From contig OX597814.1 in NCBI GenBank assembly GCA_951406725.2, positions 36,146,001 through 36,210,000 on the forward strand: 64,000 bases of DNA, read 5' to 3'. How positions within the stretch are numbered: the first letter of the stretch is position 1; each line of letters begins with the position of its first letter. This DNA is from Octopus vulgaris (Eukaryota). A program made the position numbers and the translations under genes. Of this stretch, positions 1 to 13,534 are shown piece after piece. Under the pieces are notes generated by a model, which was not told where the DNA came from, did not search any database, and was given only the letters and a program-made list of their open reading frames with translations.

Positions 1-164
1 CCACAGACCGTCTAGGGGACGCAACTCCACCTTTTTTAACTCTAAAAAAAACATTTACCATAATTTTTTTTCCATTTTTTTGCTATTTTTTGGCTATAAC
101 TCTCTAAAAATGCTTTATAGTTATTTCCCTTACAAACCTGAGCAACGCCGGGCGATACTGCTAG
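1..164 (+). mobile_element. Non-autonomous Helitron-like element, 3' part (cut by window start)
   Basis: Ends in GC-rich AGCAACGCCGGGCGATACTG then CTAG|T. It is the reverse complement of the 3' half of the complete copy at 27917-28305. Confidence 0.7.
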
Positions 165-224
165 TATATATATATATGTGTGTGTGTGTATATTTAAACT
201 TATATTAGATAATATATAGATAAA

Positions 225-1228
225 CTTAATACACTAAACAACCTACTCCTTATAACTAGAAACTGCACCAATAGATCATTAGAAAACATAAAGAAAAATT
301 ATACAAATTCTTTAAGAATTATGGTTTAGATATCTCTATAGAGAAAGAACATTCTAGATGCAAACCTAAACTTGGTAACTAATAAAATCCACCCATTCCA
401 TAAGTAACCATTCTAGCTCAGTTAAAAAAGCATTAATAGACAATATAGATAAAAGAATTTCTATGATATCCTCGGATATTGATACTTTCAATACACATGC
501 TCCTTACTATAATAATGCATTAAAAGAATCAGGCTATAATTAAAAATTTTAATTTTTTAAAAATTACGGACCCAATAACAATACTAGTTATCATCCTAAC
601 TCCCGAACCAACTATAGAAGTAGTAGCAATGATAATAATTAACAATATAAGGAAATAAATAAAGATAATTATAATATACGTCTAAATAAAAATAATAATA
701 CTAATAATTATAGTAAGGATAATACTAAAAATAATTCGAATAAATATGATAAGCATAATTACTATATACCCACGAAGAATACACTGATAATGATGAAAAC
801 TAATAATAATAATTACAATAAAATGATAATAATAATAACAATAAAAATATACATAATAAGGAAATTATATGGCTAATTATCCCTTATGGAGACCAAATTA
901 AAACTAATATTATTAAAGAAATTTTGAACATAATAAAAACATCCTTTAAAAAGAACAATACATACTCGAAAATATTCTCCAATAAACTATCAGAGTGGGC
1001 TATTCTACAACAGGAATATAAGTAATATTATATCCTCAATAAGCAATTTCAAATTAAATAAATTCTATAATAATTATTTAATTAATATTAACCATAGCTA
1101 CAGCAGAACTATCACAAACAATAAACATTACCGAATTTTAAATAAATGCACATGTAAAGGCAAATCTAAATGTAGGTATGATCTAACTTCAACCTAGATA
1201 ACGTAATTTATAAATATATAGTAACCTC

Positions 1229-1282
<54 letters not shown>

Positions 1283-2665
1283 TAATAATAAAGAATATAT
1301 TGGGACCACAGCGAAGGAAATTGAAAGGAGAATTTCCTGGCATTATCAGCCTTTCAAAAATCCCAAATTAAAAAATGGACAGGTCTAAGTAAATACATAT
1401 GGGAGTTAAAATCTAATAAAATAGAATACACCCTTAATTTATATATTATTTGTAAAGCTAAGTCATATAAAATAGGTAACAAAGCGTGCTTATTATGTAC
1501 AACAGAGTTTATGAAAATACTCCAGTCGAGAGAGTTAGCATTAAACAATACTGAAGAGAGAGGAATAAAATGCCGACATAAGAATAGTTTTACGTATAAT
1601 AAAATGAAAAATATATAAAATAATAACCCCCCACCCAGCATATCATCTCCACACACTTATTTGGAATATAGTTACTAGAAGTTTTAATAGTCTTTATAGT
1701 AGTATTACATACGGATATACTAAAATCTAAGAATTTATTAAACAATATTACCTTTAAATGAATAGACAGGCCACATTTATGTCAATTAAACCTAAAAATC
1801 TACAACACTTTAAAAATCCATTTATAGCTAGATTTACAACTATAGCCTATTTCTAGTTATTATCTCCCCTCTCCTATAATATTCTTATTTTTAGAGTATT
1901 TTTCAGAGTATTTTATTTATTTTATGTTATACCCAATTCCCATAATATTCAGCGTCTGACAGTGGGAGCAGCCATTTGCACTTGAACTATAAGGAGTAAA
2001 CATTATGTCGCAAAGTAATATATCTTGTTTACTTTTTTACTACTTTTATTCAATAAGTTTCTAACATAAGTAGTTGTATTTACTAATTAATCTTTATTCT
2101 ACACTATTAGCTCATATTTGACATAAAATATATTTTATTATACTAGTATTGACAGGGGTATATTTTACACTAAATTATCAATTTCTATAATTATTTATTT
2201 AGATATATTACAAGATTTGATATGTTTCTAATTTAATTGTTAATAATTTCCTTAGGTGGAGTATTTTCAATATATATCTTAATTGTACTTTAAGTGTTTA
2301 ATATTTTAAAAAATATATTTGTAATTTTTATTTTTAATATGATTTTTAACTCTTAATTTTTAATTTTTACCAGTACATAATAATAATATACATAGCCTGG
2401 AGACGCACTGGTGGATTTATGTCCTAAGTATAGCCTTAATACGCACCCCACCAGTGCAGAAACGCGTGTAGTGATTACTTGTACTGACTTCTCTCCCCAC
2501 TGATAAATAACAGGTAATATATATTTATTTAACTAATTTTATTCTATGTTATTTTGATTATTTTATTTTGATGTAATTTTTCTCTGTGTATACCTTACCA
2601 CGAGGTTATCCTGAAATAGGAGTTGCTTATCTATTGGTAAATATCCTAAATTTGTAATAATGATA
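225..2665 (+). mobile_element. Decayed Penelope-like element, Naiad-type (RT C-terminus, GIY-YIG, 3' UTR/pseudo-LTR)
   Basis: Broken frames translate as LLLITRNC, RISMISSDIDTFNTHAPYYNNALKESGY, IIWLIIPYGDQIKTNIIKEIL, CTCKGKSKC, VIY..YIGTT and GLSKYIWELK..CLLCTTE..KCRHKN. These match the Naiad-type RT thumb and GIY-YIG order from memory. HHR motif downstream. Confidence 0.8.
2393..2475 (+). ncRNA. Type I hammerhead ribozyme motif, core mutated
   Basis: CTGGAGA (CUGAnGA with A>G), 10-bp stem II GCACTGGTGG/CCACCAGTGC, then GAAAC-GCGT-GTA. Confidence 0.65.
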
Positions 2666-2739
2666 ACAATATATATGTATGTATATACGTATGTGTATAT
2701 ATATTTATATATATATGTATGTATGTATAGATAAATAGT

Positions 2740-3300
2740 TTTAAAAAAACTTAGGGGATAACAAGTATTCCAGGTTATCAGGACATTTACTATTTAAACT
2801 TTATTAATGCAATGTAAACAGTATCATTTATAATATTATTATAAATTTGGGATTTTACAAATAGACCCACAACTCCTATTTCAGGACACCTTTATTGTCT
2901 GGAATGCATATAGAAAGTTATATCCTATATAATAATAAAATGATATAAATATTTTAAAACCTACTATAAAGTATAATAACAGTATTTAAAAAAACTTATT
3001 TATAAAATATTTGAAAAATATATATACCTTACCTGTTATTAGTCTGTGGTGAAAGAAGATATTTTTAATCAACCCTACATGTGTTTCTGTGCTTGTGGTG
3101 TGTTTTTCCAGGCTATACCTTTTACATAAATCCTCCTGTGCATCCTCAGGTTATTTATCTAATTGTTATTATTATTAATGGATCAAAGTTAAAACTACAT
3201 ATTCTAATATATATTAAATAGAAAACTAACATAAATAAGAATATAATAAAAATATATAATTTACAAATATATTTTTAAAAATTAAGTAATTAAAAAAATT
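2740..3300 (-). mobile_element. Inverted pseudo-LTR/3' UTR of a related Naiad-type PLE
   Basis: Reverse complement shares TCCTGAAATAGGAGTTG, AACAGGTAA and the HHR region with 2390-2660. Lies tail-to-tail with it across a TA-rich microsatellite (2670-2730). Confidence 0.65.
3071..3155 (-). ncRNA. Type I hammerhead ribozyme motif, degenerate stem II
   Basis: Minus strand reads AACCTGAGGA..GAAAC-ACAT-GTA-GGGTT. Confidence 0.55.
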
Positions 3301-3399
3301 TTGAAATTAACAAATTAATAAAGATTAATAAAATTAAACACCTAAAAATAAAATACCGATGTATCGAGAAAATGCTAAGCATAAAGAAACCTTCAACGA

Positions 3400-3900
3400 C
3401 TATATTATAAACACATCAAAATTCCACTACCTATCTATATAAACATTACGGGAATTAATAATTTAGTATAAGATTTACCCCTTTCTATACAAGTATAAAT
3501 TACCATTTTTATGTCAAACGTAAGTTAGTAGTAATTATAAATAAAAACCTCTATATACATTATAGAATTATTGAATAAAACTAGTAAATGTATCTAGTAA
3601 ACCAAATTCACAAAGGAAGAATACTTATCAACATAATGTTTACTCCTTCTCTTCCTGTGCAAATGGCTGCTCCTCTATCATGTGGTAAGTATAATGGGAA
3701 TAACATCAATAAAATAAACTACTCTGAAAATTCTCTAAGATTAATAATATTAGAGAGGGATTGCTTTGTTATACCCATGGGTGCCCCGGACTCTGCACAA
3801 ATAAGAGATTTAGTACGAATATACCTATTATCTGAACTTGAGTTATAACATCTTAACGTAGAAGGAGGTCTATATAGGGATGACCTACTCCTTATAACTA
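3400..3900 (+). pseudogene. Naiad-type PLE reverse transcriptase core fragment
   Basis: PFYTSI, then FVIPMGAPDSAQIRDLVRIYLL (like FDVTMGSxDGAEVCELVGLYLL) and EGGLYRDDLLLIT with the catalytic YRDD at about 3873-3884. The last 18 nt match 241-258. Confidence 0.75.
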
Positions 3901-3924
3901 TATGTGTAAATATATATATATATA

Positions 3925-4142
3925 TTCTTTTATTCTTTTACTTGTTTCAGTCATTTGACTGCGGCCATGTGAAAGCACTGTCTTTAGTCGAATAAACTGA
4001 CCCCAGGACTTATTCTTTGTAAGCCTAGTTCTTATTCTATTAGTCTTTTCTGCCAAACCACTAAGTTACGGGGATGTAAACACACCAACACCAGTTGTCA
4101 AGTGATGTGGAGAGACAAACACAGACACACAAACACACACAC

Positions 4143-4188
<46 letters not shown>

Positions 4189-4316
4189 GACGGGCGGCTT
4201 TCAATTCTGTCAAAGAAATCCATTCATAAGGCTTTAGTCAACCTGAGGCTATAGTAGAAGACACTTGCCCAAGGTGCCATGCAGTCGAACTGAACCTAGA
4301 ACCATGTGGTTGGGAA
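3925..4316 (-). mobile_element. tRNA-derived SINE, family A (5'-truncated)
   Basis: Reverse complement of the full copy at 30991-31385, with internal TA/TG microsatellite. Confidence 0.85.
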
Positions 4317-4349
4317 GCTCAAAAGTTCTTGGCTTTAGGTAAAAGAAAA

Positions 4350-5070
4350 TGGATAAATATAGATCAACAACAATCGACTAACTTTCATTATTATTTTTTG
4401 ATACAAAACTTCATCTCATCTAACAGCTGTTTCTGGTTCTAATGCCCCCAAAGAAAATTCTGAGAATAATATTTGTCATATTTTGTAGCACATCTGGTCT
4501 CGAACGTGTAGCTTTATCTGAGTGAAGAAAATGTATAGAATAAAAGAAAAGAAAGAAGATCCTTGAGAAGAGGAATGAAGGCTTAATATATTTGAATCAT
4601 ATCATTTTGTAGTGTAACACTTCAGGCCGTTGATTAAATACCTAGACTAGAAAGTTAATTGGTAGGTTAATCTTTCTTTAGGGGTAACAAGGTGTATAAA
4701 TGATAAAAAGTAAAGTAAGTGCCTTAGCCCTAAAGAAAGATTAAGCCATCAATTTTCTAGTTTAGTCATTTACTCAATGTCCCAAAGCTTTTCATTGGAA
4801 AATGGCATGATTTAAATATATTAAGTCTTCATTCCTCCTCTCGAGGCTTTTCTTTTTTTATTTTATGTATTTTATTTTCCACTCTGATGAAGGTCTATGT
4901 TGCAGATTGGATGTGTTGCAAAATATGATGAATATTATCCTCAGAATCTTCTCTGGCAACACGGTGCACCATTGGAGGCAGAAACGGCTGTTAGATGGGT
5001 TAAAGTTTTGTATTAAAAAATAATAATCGATGGTACTCAATTGTTGTTGATCAAGATTTCTCCATTTTCT
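4350..5070. repeat. Diverged head-to-head inverted pair of PLE-type pseudo-LTRs
   Basis: 4631-4683 is the reverse complement of 4728-4778, and 4355-4430 pairs with 4980-5058. Centre near 4705. Confidence 0.75.
4879..4998 (+). ncRNA. Type I hammerhead-like motif with long stem II
   Basis: CCACT-CTGATGA, about 90 nt, then GAAAC-GGCT-GTT-AGATGG. The mirror arm retains GAAACAGCTGTTAGATG on the minus strand at about 4418-4434. Confidence 0.5.
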
Positions 5071-5521
5071 GCTTAATTTGAATTTGATTCCTAATTAACT
5101 CTTGTTTATCTTTGTTATTGTGTGTATCTTATGAGCATAATATGCTTGCATATGTATGCCCAGGGTTAACATAGGTAATTTATACCTGTAGTAAAACGGA
5201 TATTCTTATCCCTTAGATGGTTATTCCAACCACCAACTCTACTAACCTATATATATATATTATCGAATTAGAAAATAGATTACTTAACATATTCACCGAC
5301 AACTGCGAAATTAAACAATTGTAGGTGGATATGTCAAGTAATGAATAAGCCAATTTTTCTCTATTAGATCTCCCTGTTTACTAACTCGATAATAATGTTT
5401 GATATTTTATATTTTAGATAATATATTCATTAAAGAAATATCTCTTCAAAAAAAATATATTAAACCAGTTTGTCTTGGATAGAATATCCCTATAAGCAGT
5501 TTAAATATCCTCATTGTGATT

Positions 5522-5554
<33 letters not shown>

Positions 5555-5556
5555 TA

Positions 5557-5720
5557 TCATCATCATTTAGCGTCCGTTTTCCATGCTAGCATGGGTTGGA
5601 CGGTTTAACTGGGGTCTGTGAAGCTGGAAGGCTTCATCAGGCCTAGTCAGATTTGGCAGTGTTTCTACGGCTGGATGCCCTTCCTAACGCCAACCACTCC
5701 GCGAGTGTAGTGGGTGTTTT
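5557..5720 (-). mobile_element. RTE-tail SINE/LINE 3' end (family E)
   Basis: (CAT)n tail plus CCATGCTAGCATGG and GGATGCCCTTCCTAACGCCAACCAC, shared with 21830-22005 and 62907-63042. Confidence 0.75.
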
Positions 5721-6017
5721 ATATATATATGAAATACAGAGAGAGAGAGAGAGAGATAGCATGCAGAAAGTTTGTATGTGGATATGTACATAAAATCATC
5801 ATCATTATCATCATCATCATCATTAGATACTGAAGCTTTTACAATCATAGCTTTCACGTCACTGAGTTATTCAAGCAATCTAATTGTTTAAGTAATTGGT
5901 TGCATGAAACTCTAAGTTACCAATCAAATAGTTTCCACTTCTAATAAAGTACACGCATACACTCTGCTTAATGTCATTATGTATTTAGTACAATTTTTTT
6001 TTAGACTCATGTTCACT

Positions 6018-6058
<41 letters not shown>

Positions 6059-6899
6059 ACGTATCGTTTACCATTGCATATCAGTGAAGTATTTAAACAC
6101 TAGTGGAAAAAAAAAAAACCCAAAACAATGGCCTTCCCTTATCACTATTAACATCAGAAATCAGTGAAGCAGTAATTAGTCTATAGGAAATGTATAACCA
6201 ATACTGCTATTGTTTGTAAATTATTATATGAAATAAATAAACAGAAATATGGACTGTAAACTTGTGAATAAAATAATTCTTCCATCAAACTGAATCCAAT
6301 ACTGCATTTAAACTCAAAGCATACAGGGACAAACTAAATTCAGTGAGATATTTAGTCTGGTGTTCCAGCATTTCTGCACTCCATTACACTTTTGATAATA
6401 ATATTTACATGAGTATTGTGCTTTCAGAAGTAATCAGGCAAAAGTTTATCTTTAACAAGAGGATTGTTCCTGCACAGACAAACTAAATATGATTAATACT
6501 GGAACATCAACACATAAAACCACAGTTAGCATGCAGGAAATAATTCTGTTTTATGCCAAGTGAGATTAATTTTAAATCTGAATTAGAATGGAGACAAATC
6601 CAGGAGAGACACAATTTTTTTTTGTTTTTGTTTTCTTGTTTTTAATAGCAGATTTAGTTGAACTGATGAAGTAGAAGTCATGTAGCAAATACTTAAGTGT
6701 TACAGGTTGAGAAACAATGATTTTCACATTAGTTCTATTGATTTCATGGGGGGAAAAGCTTTTGTCTTTCAAATGGAGTAAAATGAGAGAAGCATTAACA
6801 GCAGACTAATATGATGAGAAACTAATAGATTGTCTGTTGGTAAAATCGAATAGCATTGCTAAAATTGGCTGATTTAAGATAATTAAAGATGAAGACCTG

Positions 6900-8950
6900 A
6901 GATTTACATATTAAAGATGTCTAATTGTCTGGTAGTGTTACGTGTGTTGAAATGTAGAATCGTTAAAATGCGTATTAACATTGTTGTGCAAATAGAAATA
7001 ATTTTATGAGTGCAATTAAGCAGTGTAAATCATGGTATGAAATCTATAGATGACCAGCTGAGAAATCATACAGTAAAATATATATAGCATCTAACTATAT
7101 CAGTAGACAGGCTTTGTTGTAACAGACTGATCAATCCCATAATGCATGAAGTTATGAGGTATAGTCAAGCCAAATAAGCCAGGTGTGATTATCCCTGTTC
7201 ATGTTCTGGTGATGACAAAATTTGAACTCTACGACTGTATATAGCAATACACTTGTTTACCTGTTAGAAACAGTATCCAAATTTCCCTCAAATGAGGTGT
7301 TCCTGTCTTTAAAAAAAGGAAGGATGTATTATTTAAAATATGTAAGAAAAAGTTGGGGTTGGTCACTGGTGGACAATATTTTACGCATAAACCTACTCCA
7401 TCAGTTGGATAAGGCTGTGTAGGTTAGATGAGTTTGGCGCCTGCACAGAACTCATCAAAACCAACACAGGATGTGAATAGTTAGACACTGAGACTAGTAG
7501 TCCAACTACTTTTACAGCTCGGGGGAAGCTGTCGATAAATGATGTTCAAATTTGAACATTTTAAAAGTCATATAAGAATATCTATTTGGTTTTGACTTAT
7601 GATGGAATACCATGCAGTAGATATCTATTACTAAGCCAATTTTTCATTTTTGTTAAGCTTTGCATTGCAGTTCTTGAGTAAAGTATTTATCTATTGAACC
7701 TTATTGTCCAACTTCAATTTTTCTCATTGGCACTGAACACAAATCATTTCTTCATGGTTACATCTTCCACAGAGACCACACCTAACTGAAGTGTAATAAT
7801 TCCTGCATAATAATATACGTTCTGAAATGCCTATCTTGGAAAGAAAATGAAGTTATGAATATTTCAAATATACTTGACCACATGATAAAATGTAATGTCT
7901 CCGGACATATTTATTTTAAAGAACAATTTTCACATTCGAGAAGTTTTACGTCAAATGTTCATAATTCAATACATGTTATATATGAGTTCTTGATGCCAAT
8001 ATCTTTTGTTTTATATTATTCAATTGGTTTTCAGTGCTGGAATATAATGGATAGTTCTATAAATTCAGAAATATATTAATTGCTGCGACTACTATTTCTT
8101 CTGCTGTTGCTGTTGAAATTGTTGTTGAGAAGCTCTGCTATACTATAATTCAGCAAATCTATGGTACAAAAGAAACCAATTAAATTTTCAGGAGTCATTC
8201 AGAGATCCTTAACCTTTGACATATTGATATAAAACATTGAACATCTTAATATGGATCAAATTTTTGCATTTGATCTTCAATTGCTACTGTAAGGTTCTGA
8301 GGCAATCTACTTAAATACATAGGACTTAAAACATGTGATTTTCATTTTAAAGATAACAAAGTGCTTCTTGTGAAATATTTAGTTGTCAGAACAAGTAGAT
8401 TAAGCAGCTCTGTTGAAATTATATTTTTGGTGTTTTCATTGCTGCTATTGGTATTTAGTTTCAGGTCAGCTCTTATTAAGCATACCTGTAATCAAAGGTA
8501 TTTTAGTTATGCTGTCAGTTACCATAGACTATGATTGTTTTGTCTTATTGTTAAATATACAATTCCTGGACTACATTATTCGATGTTACATTTTATTTTT
8601 AAAGCAGTAGGTTGTTATTTGATATTTCTTGTATCCTGAGCCTTTGAATAGCAAACTGCACATCAATCTCTTAACCAAGCATTCTTGTTGGTTTCTGGGG
8701 TCCACATTTTCTCCACTCTTCAACAATAATAGTCATGTGTGTAATGTTGTTGGGATAAAGCCCCTACATTTACTGATCATTTTGTGTCTAGCATGACTCT
8801 GTACTCACTAAGTAAATCTTCTCCCAAACAAAAACTTTCCCTTCAACCATGCACATATTCACTGCAATTGTGAAAAAGCACAACTGGTCGGTTCTTATCA
8901 AGACCATCAATCCAAACACTGTCTCTTTTTTAGTCTCAAATAATGTGGTT
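6900..8950 (-). mobile_element. Highly decayed Ty3/Gypsy pol remnant (RNase H to integrase)
   Basis: Minus-strand fragments in pol order: QMQKFDPY..YQYVKG (about 8210-8280), MWSSIFEI (about 7870), RYLLHGIPS (about 7610) and FKFEHHLSTASP (about 7540). Many stops; boundaries uncertain. Confidence 0.45.
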
Positions 8951-9289
8951 TTGAGCTAGTTCCAGTTCACCTGATATTAATCTATATCCCCACTATCACC
9001 ACTACATTTCTCTCTGGGAATCTTCTTGATGTTTAACAACAGTGTTCTCTATTCTCAAGAAGGGAAACCTCTCTGAATCCAACAAGCAGCTTCTTATCAT
9101 TTTCCATTCTAGCAACTTCTCCAACTTTTTGTATCTCTTAGTCTCTTCTTCATGATCCTCAGTGTGGCTGCCATAAAAGCCACAATAATGAACGTTGTAT
9201 TCGGTCATTCATTCATTCCCAAGAGATTGACACTCAAGGATTCTGTCACTATATTTGTCTTTCATGCATTGATAACAGTATTGCTTGAT

Positions 9290-9615
9290 TGGCACGGAAA
9301 AGCACTATTCGAGTGTGTTCGATGCCAATGTCGTCTGACTGGCCTCCTGCCAATGGCACATAAAAAGTACCATTCAAGTTTGATCGTCGGTCAGTGCTGC
9401 CTGACTGGCTCCCATTCTAGTGGCATGCAAAAAGCACCCACTACACTCTCAGAGTGATTGGCATTAGAAAAGGCTGTAGAAAAAGCTGTAGAAACTTTGC
9501 CTGATTAGATTGGAGTCTGGTCCAACCTTCTGGTTTGCCAGTCCTCAGTCAAACCGTTCAATCCATGCCAGCGTGGAAAGCAGATGTTAAACGACGACGA
9601 TGATGATGATGATGC
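9290..9615 (+). mobile_element. Family E RTE-tail element
   Basis: AAAAGCACCCACTACACTCTCAGAGTG and a (GAT)n tail, as in 21345-22005. Confidence 0.7.
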
Positions 9616-12454
9616 ACCCACTGGCTTCTTGCAAATGTTCAAGAGGAATGTTAAGACATTAAAATCATTGGTTTCATAGGATCTGCAAAGGCTATAGGCA
9701 TAGCCATTTCCTCTAAAATCAACCATTAATATAAAAAGAGTTGTAGACAGTCCAGACTAAGATTAGTCTTGACACACAGAATGTAAGTCAAATGTTTAAA
9801 CAAGATAAAGAAATTTATAATTTCAGATACGTTTTATTCTAGTTTTACTAGAATTACTGCAGTTAAGCGATAGGTAAGGAATGCATTAGTTGTACAAATA
9901 GATCCAAAGACTAGCATTGTGATAGGTGAGCAATTATAGTCTTTTAGTAAAATTCATAATCAGAAAAAGCCAGTGTGAGTTTGCATAGAAGTGAGTAATT
10001 CAAAAGGAAATATGGTAGGTAAAATATATGTAGTTATAGAAAACAAATCTATTATTTCAAGCTCAGGCCATTTATTGAGACAGAAATATTAAAGTATTGT
10101 GTGTAGTTCACCAAGAATGATGGTGGTAATGGTAATAGGTCTAGCATCATAAAGCAGTGAATTTGGTAGAATTGTTAGAATGTCAGGCAAAATACCTTAT
10201 ATTTATTCTTGAAATTTCCTTCTGATGTTAACACTGTCTTTCATCCTTCTAAGGCTCAGTAAAATAAAATACTGACCATGGAAAGTAGATTGATAGAATT
10301 ATTAGACAGTCAGGCAAAATACTTTGTGTTGTTGGCTCTAATTCTTTATGTACTGCATGCCCAGACAGATGTAGCAAACTTAATTGTATCTACCCAATGA
10401 GATGGTGTCTAGTAAAAATGCCTGAAGGAAGGATATAGGTGGCAATGACCTTTGCATTCTTCCTTGAAAATTCCATGACAAGAACATAGCTCTTATCAAA
10501 GAAGTTACTAGAGGGTGGGTTCAGTGATATGATTACATCAGTAAATCATAGTCTTTTGTGAATGGCAACCTTGCTGTCTACAGTCAACATGTATTGTATA
10601 ATGTCTGTTCAGCTGGACAGTCAATACTAATAAACAGCCATTTCTTTCACCTCGGAAAGATGCAGTTTCTACTGTTTAGTCCCAAGACAATTCTGAGTGC
10701 AACAGTGATCAAAAATATTCCAGCCATGAATATCCTGGCATTTTTAGATAGCTGAATATACATAAAGTCAGGTTTCACTGTTTTTACTCTTGTTGGCATG
10801 AGAGTATAGGACAGATAATACATGTTGCATATTCTCTGTAGATATATACAGGTAGCTATAGTTAAAGTAGGAGAATTCACATTTGTTACTGTTTATGTTT
10901 TTGACACAAGTCTTTAAATCATACATCAATACAAACCTGGGATCAAAGGGCATCCAGCCAGAAACGTACTGGCTTTATAGGATTATATGTGTCTAATATG
11001 TTATCCCCACTTTTAAGATGGTAAGGTGTATGTATTGAAAGATTTGACTCCTATTTCTCTTGTTGCCAGTTAATTGTGATTAAGGTAGCAAAGTTCACAT
11101 TTTATACTGTTAATTTTGTTGAGAGAAATATTTAATTAACCTCTAATGTTGGGGTCAGAGTTTAGAATTGAGATTGAGGTTGTAGCTATTAGAGTCTGCT
11201 TTATGGTTGAGATCAGATGTGAGAGAGAAAGAGAGAGAGAGAGAAGGGGAGGAAAGGAAGAGGAAGGGAGGGTGGGGAGGAGAGAAATAGAAGTGTAAGC
11301 AAGTAAGTAATGCATGTATCACTGTGTGGTTATGAAGTATTTCTCAACCGGATGGTTTCCAATTTGGTGCGCTGTATAGTGTCTTGGGTAAATCTTTGTG
11401 AGTGGTTGGTGGAAGCTGTATAGAAACTCACCTGTTTTGGCTGACAGTTTTGAATTACACTTTTCTTCCTCACCTTCTGTCTTATTACCCCTGCTTGACC
11501 AATACTCCCTATCAGCTTGCCAATAGACCCTATCCCCAAGCTCCTACTTCTGCTGCTTTCTTCCCTGTGAAGTCCTCACTTCTCTCAAGAAAAAAACAAC
11601 AAAAAAAAGGGGTTATGTTCAGCTTTTTATCTGTTTGTTACAGCTATTTCTTCTTTGTGGATATTATCAGTTTCTTTATCACACTCATCACTCTTCTTTT
11701 GTGAATTTTAGTACTCTCCTCTAATACTTTGGACACTTAACAAAACACTCAAGAAATTTTACCATAGTTGTGGAAGTTTCACCAGTTTCTTTAACTTATT
11801 TTCTCATTACATTTTCTTTTCTTTTTCAAATTTAAGACTAAACCACTCCCTTTCTTTGTTCAAAATCGTTTTCACTCCAATGTGTATATTTGTCATATAC
11901 TTGCACATACATAACACCCTCCACATTGCCGTTATCATCCCATGTGATTTATTAATATATTTATTCCCTTTCCTTGCACATGCACCTGCTCTCACCTCTC
12001 TATGTTCCACACCACCCAACATAAAGATTACACACACACACACACACACAATACCCCCACTAACTCATGCCTCTGTCCTTCCACATTTGCCCACTTATAT
12101 ACTTATATATACCAAACTAACATACATACATACATATACATCATTTCCTCTTATGCATATTTTCAAAACACAGATTCATCCATACTTGCATCTACACATC
12201 CATACTTCCCTCATTTTAACTAACCAACAAAACATTTGCATCTGGTTTCTAACCCATCACCTGTTTTTTCACTCTATCTCTTTCACATTCCCTCTGTGCC
12301 TCACTCCTACTTTCTTCTGAGGAAAGACTAGCGTCAGAGACATTAAGGCACATTCTCTTTCCATTGAAATATTAATCTAACACCTTATTTTTCAGACTAT
12401 GTTCCTCCTTCTTTATCCTTTTTCACTGTTCATATATATATATATATATCTTTC

Positions 12455-12857
12455 TTTCTCTCTTTTACTTGTTTCACTCATTTGACTGTGGCCATGCTGG
12501 AGCACCGCCTTTTAGTCGAGCAGATCGACCCCGGGACTTATTCTTTGTAAGCCCAGTACTTATTCTGTCGGTCTCTTTTGCCGAACCGCTAAGTTACGGG
12601 GACATAAACACACCAGCACCGGTTGTCAAGCAATGCTAGGGGGACAAATACAGACACACAAACATATACACACACATACATATATATACATATATACGAC
12701 AGGCTTCTTTCAGTTTCCGTCTACCAAATCCACTCACATGGCATTGGTCGGGCCGGGGCTATAGCAGAAGACACTTGCTCAAGATGCCACGCAGTGGGAC
12801 TGAACCCAGAACCATGTTTTTGGTAAGCAAGCTACTTTCCACACAGCCACTCCTGCA

Positions 12858-12858
<1 letters not shown>
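12455..12858 (-). mobile_element. tRNA-derived SINE, family A (full length)
   Basis: Full reverse complement of 30991-31385, flanked by (TA)n. Confidence 0.9.
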
Positions 12859-12916
<58 letters not shown>

Positions 12917-13534
12917 ATATATGTATATATATGTCAATATGGAACAAATTTTCACACTGGTGGCTGCCATGATTTGGTGCAAAATGAATCAGGTGCAGCA
13001 CAAATTTCAACATGACAAATTGGGGCTCTCCATCATAGTAGTGCATGCTGAAGAAGGTGAGGCTATAATGCCAGTCTAGAAACCGGTTGAAGGTGAAAAT
13101 TATAAACAATTATAAGTAAAGGTAAACGAAAAAAAAAATTTCTATGCAAATATGCTGCAAAATAGAACTTGGATTGTCTAATTACATACAATATTTTTCA
13201 CTATAAATACACAGTGTACTGAAATGAGGAAAGCAAGCTAACAGAAATTTTTAAAATTCGCTATTCCTGAATTGGACCGATTTCTGGATTAATCCACAGG
13301 GATTCTTCCTTCTAGAGCGAGAAACATGATTAGAATAAATGGAATACTTACATATACCTATGGAAAAAGCAGGTGCAAAGTTCTGAGTACAATTAAATAC
13401 CCCAAATATATCTAAGCAGAAATTCTGTAGCAAGCTTCAGCACACATGTAGATGGTCTGGAAAACTTATGTGAAGTGATTATATTTATATACATATATAC
13501 ATACATACAAACATATATATATATGTATATATAT

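Noticed and set aside
1140-1620. Selenocysteine recoding, reported for some Naiad PLEs
   Set aside because: The Cys positions read here are TGT/TGC, no in-frame TGA was seen at them and no SECIS could be recognised.
12623-12826. Recurring ORF with IYDRLLSVSVYQIHS..CHAVGLNPEPC (also at 19828, 23167, 30926 and 46908)
   Set aside because: It is the antisense translation of SINE family A. Recurrence reflects SINE copy number.
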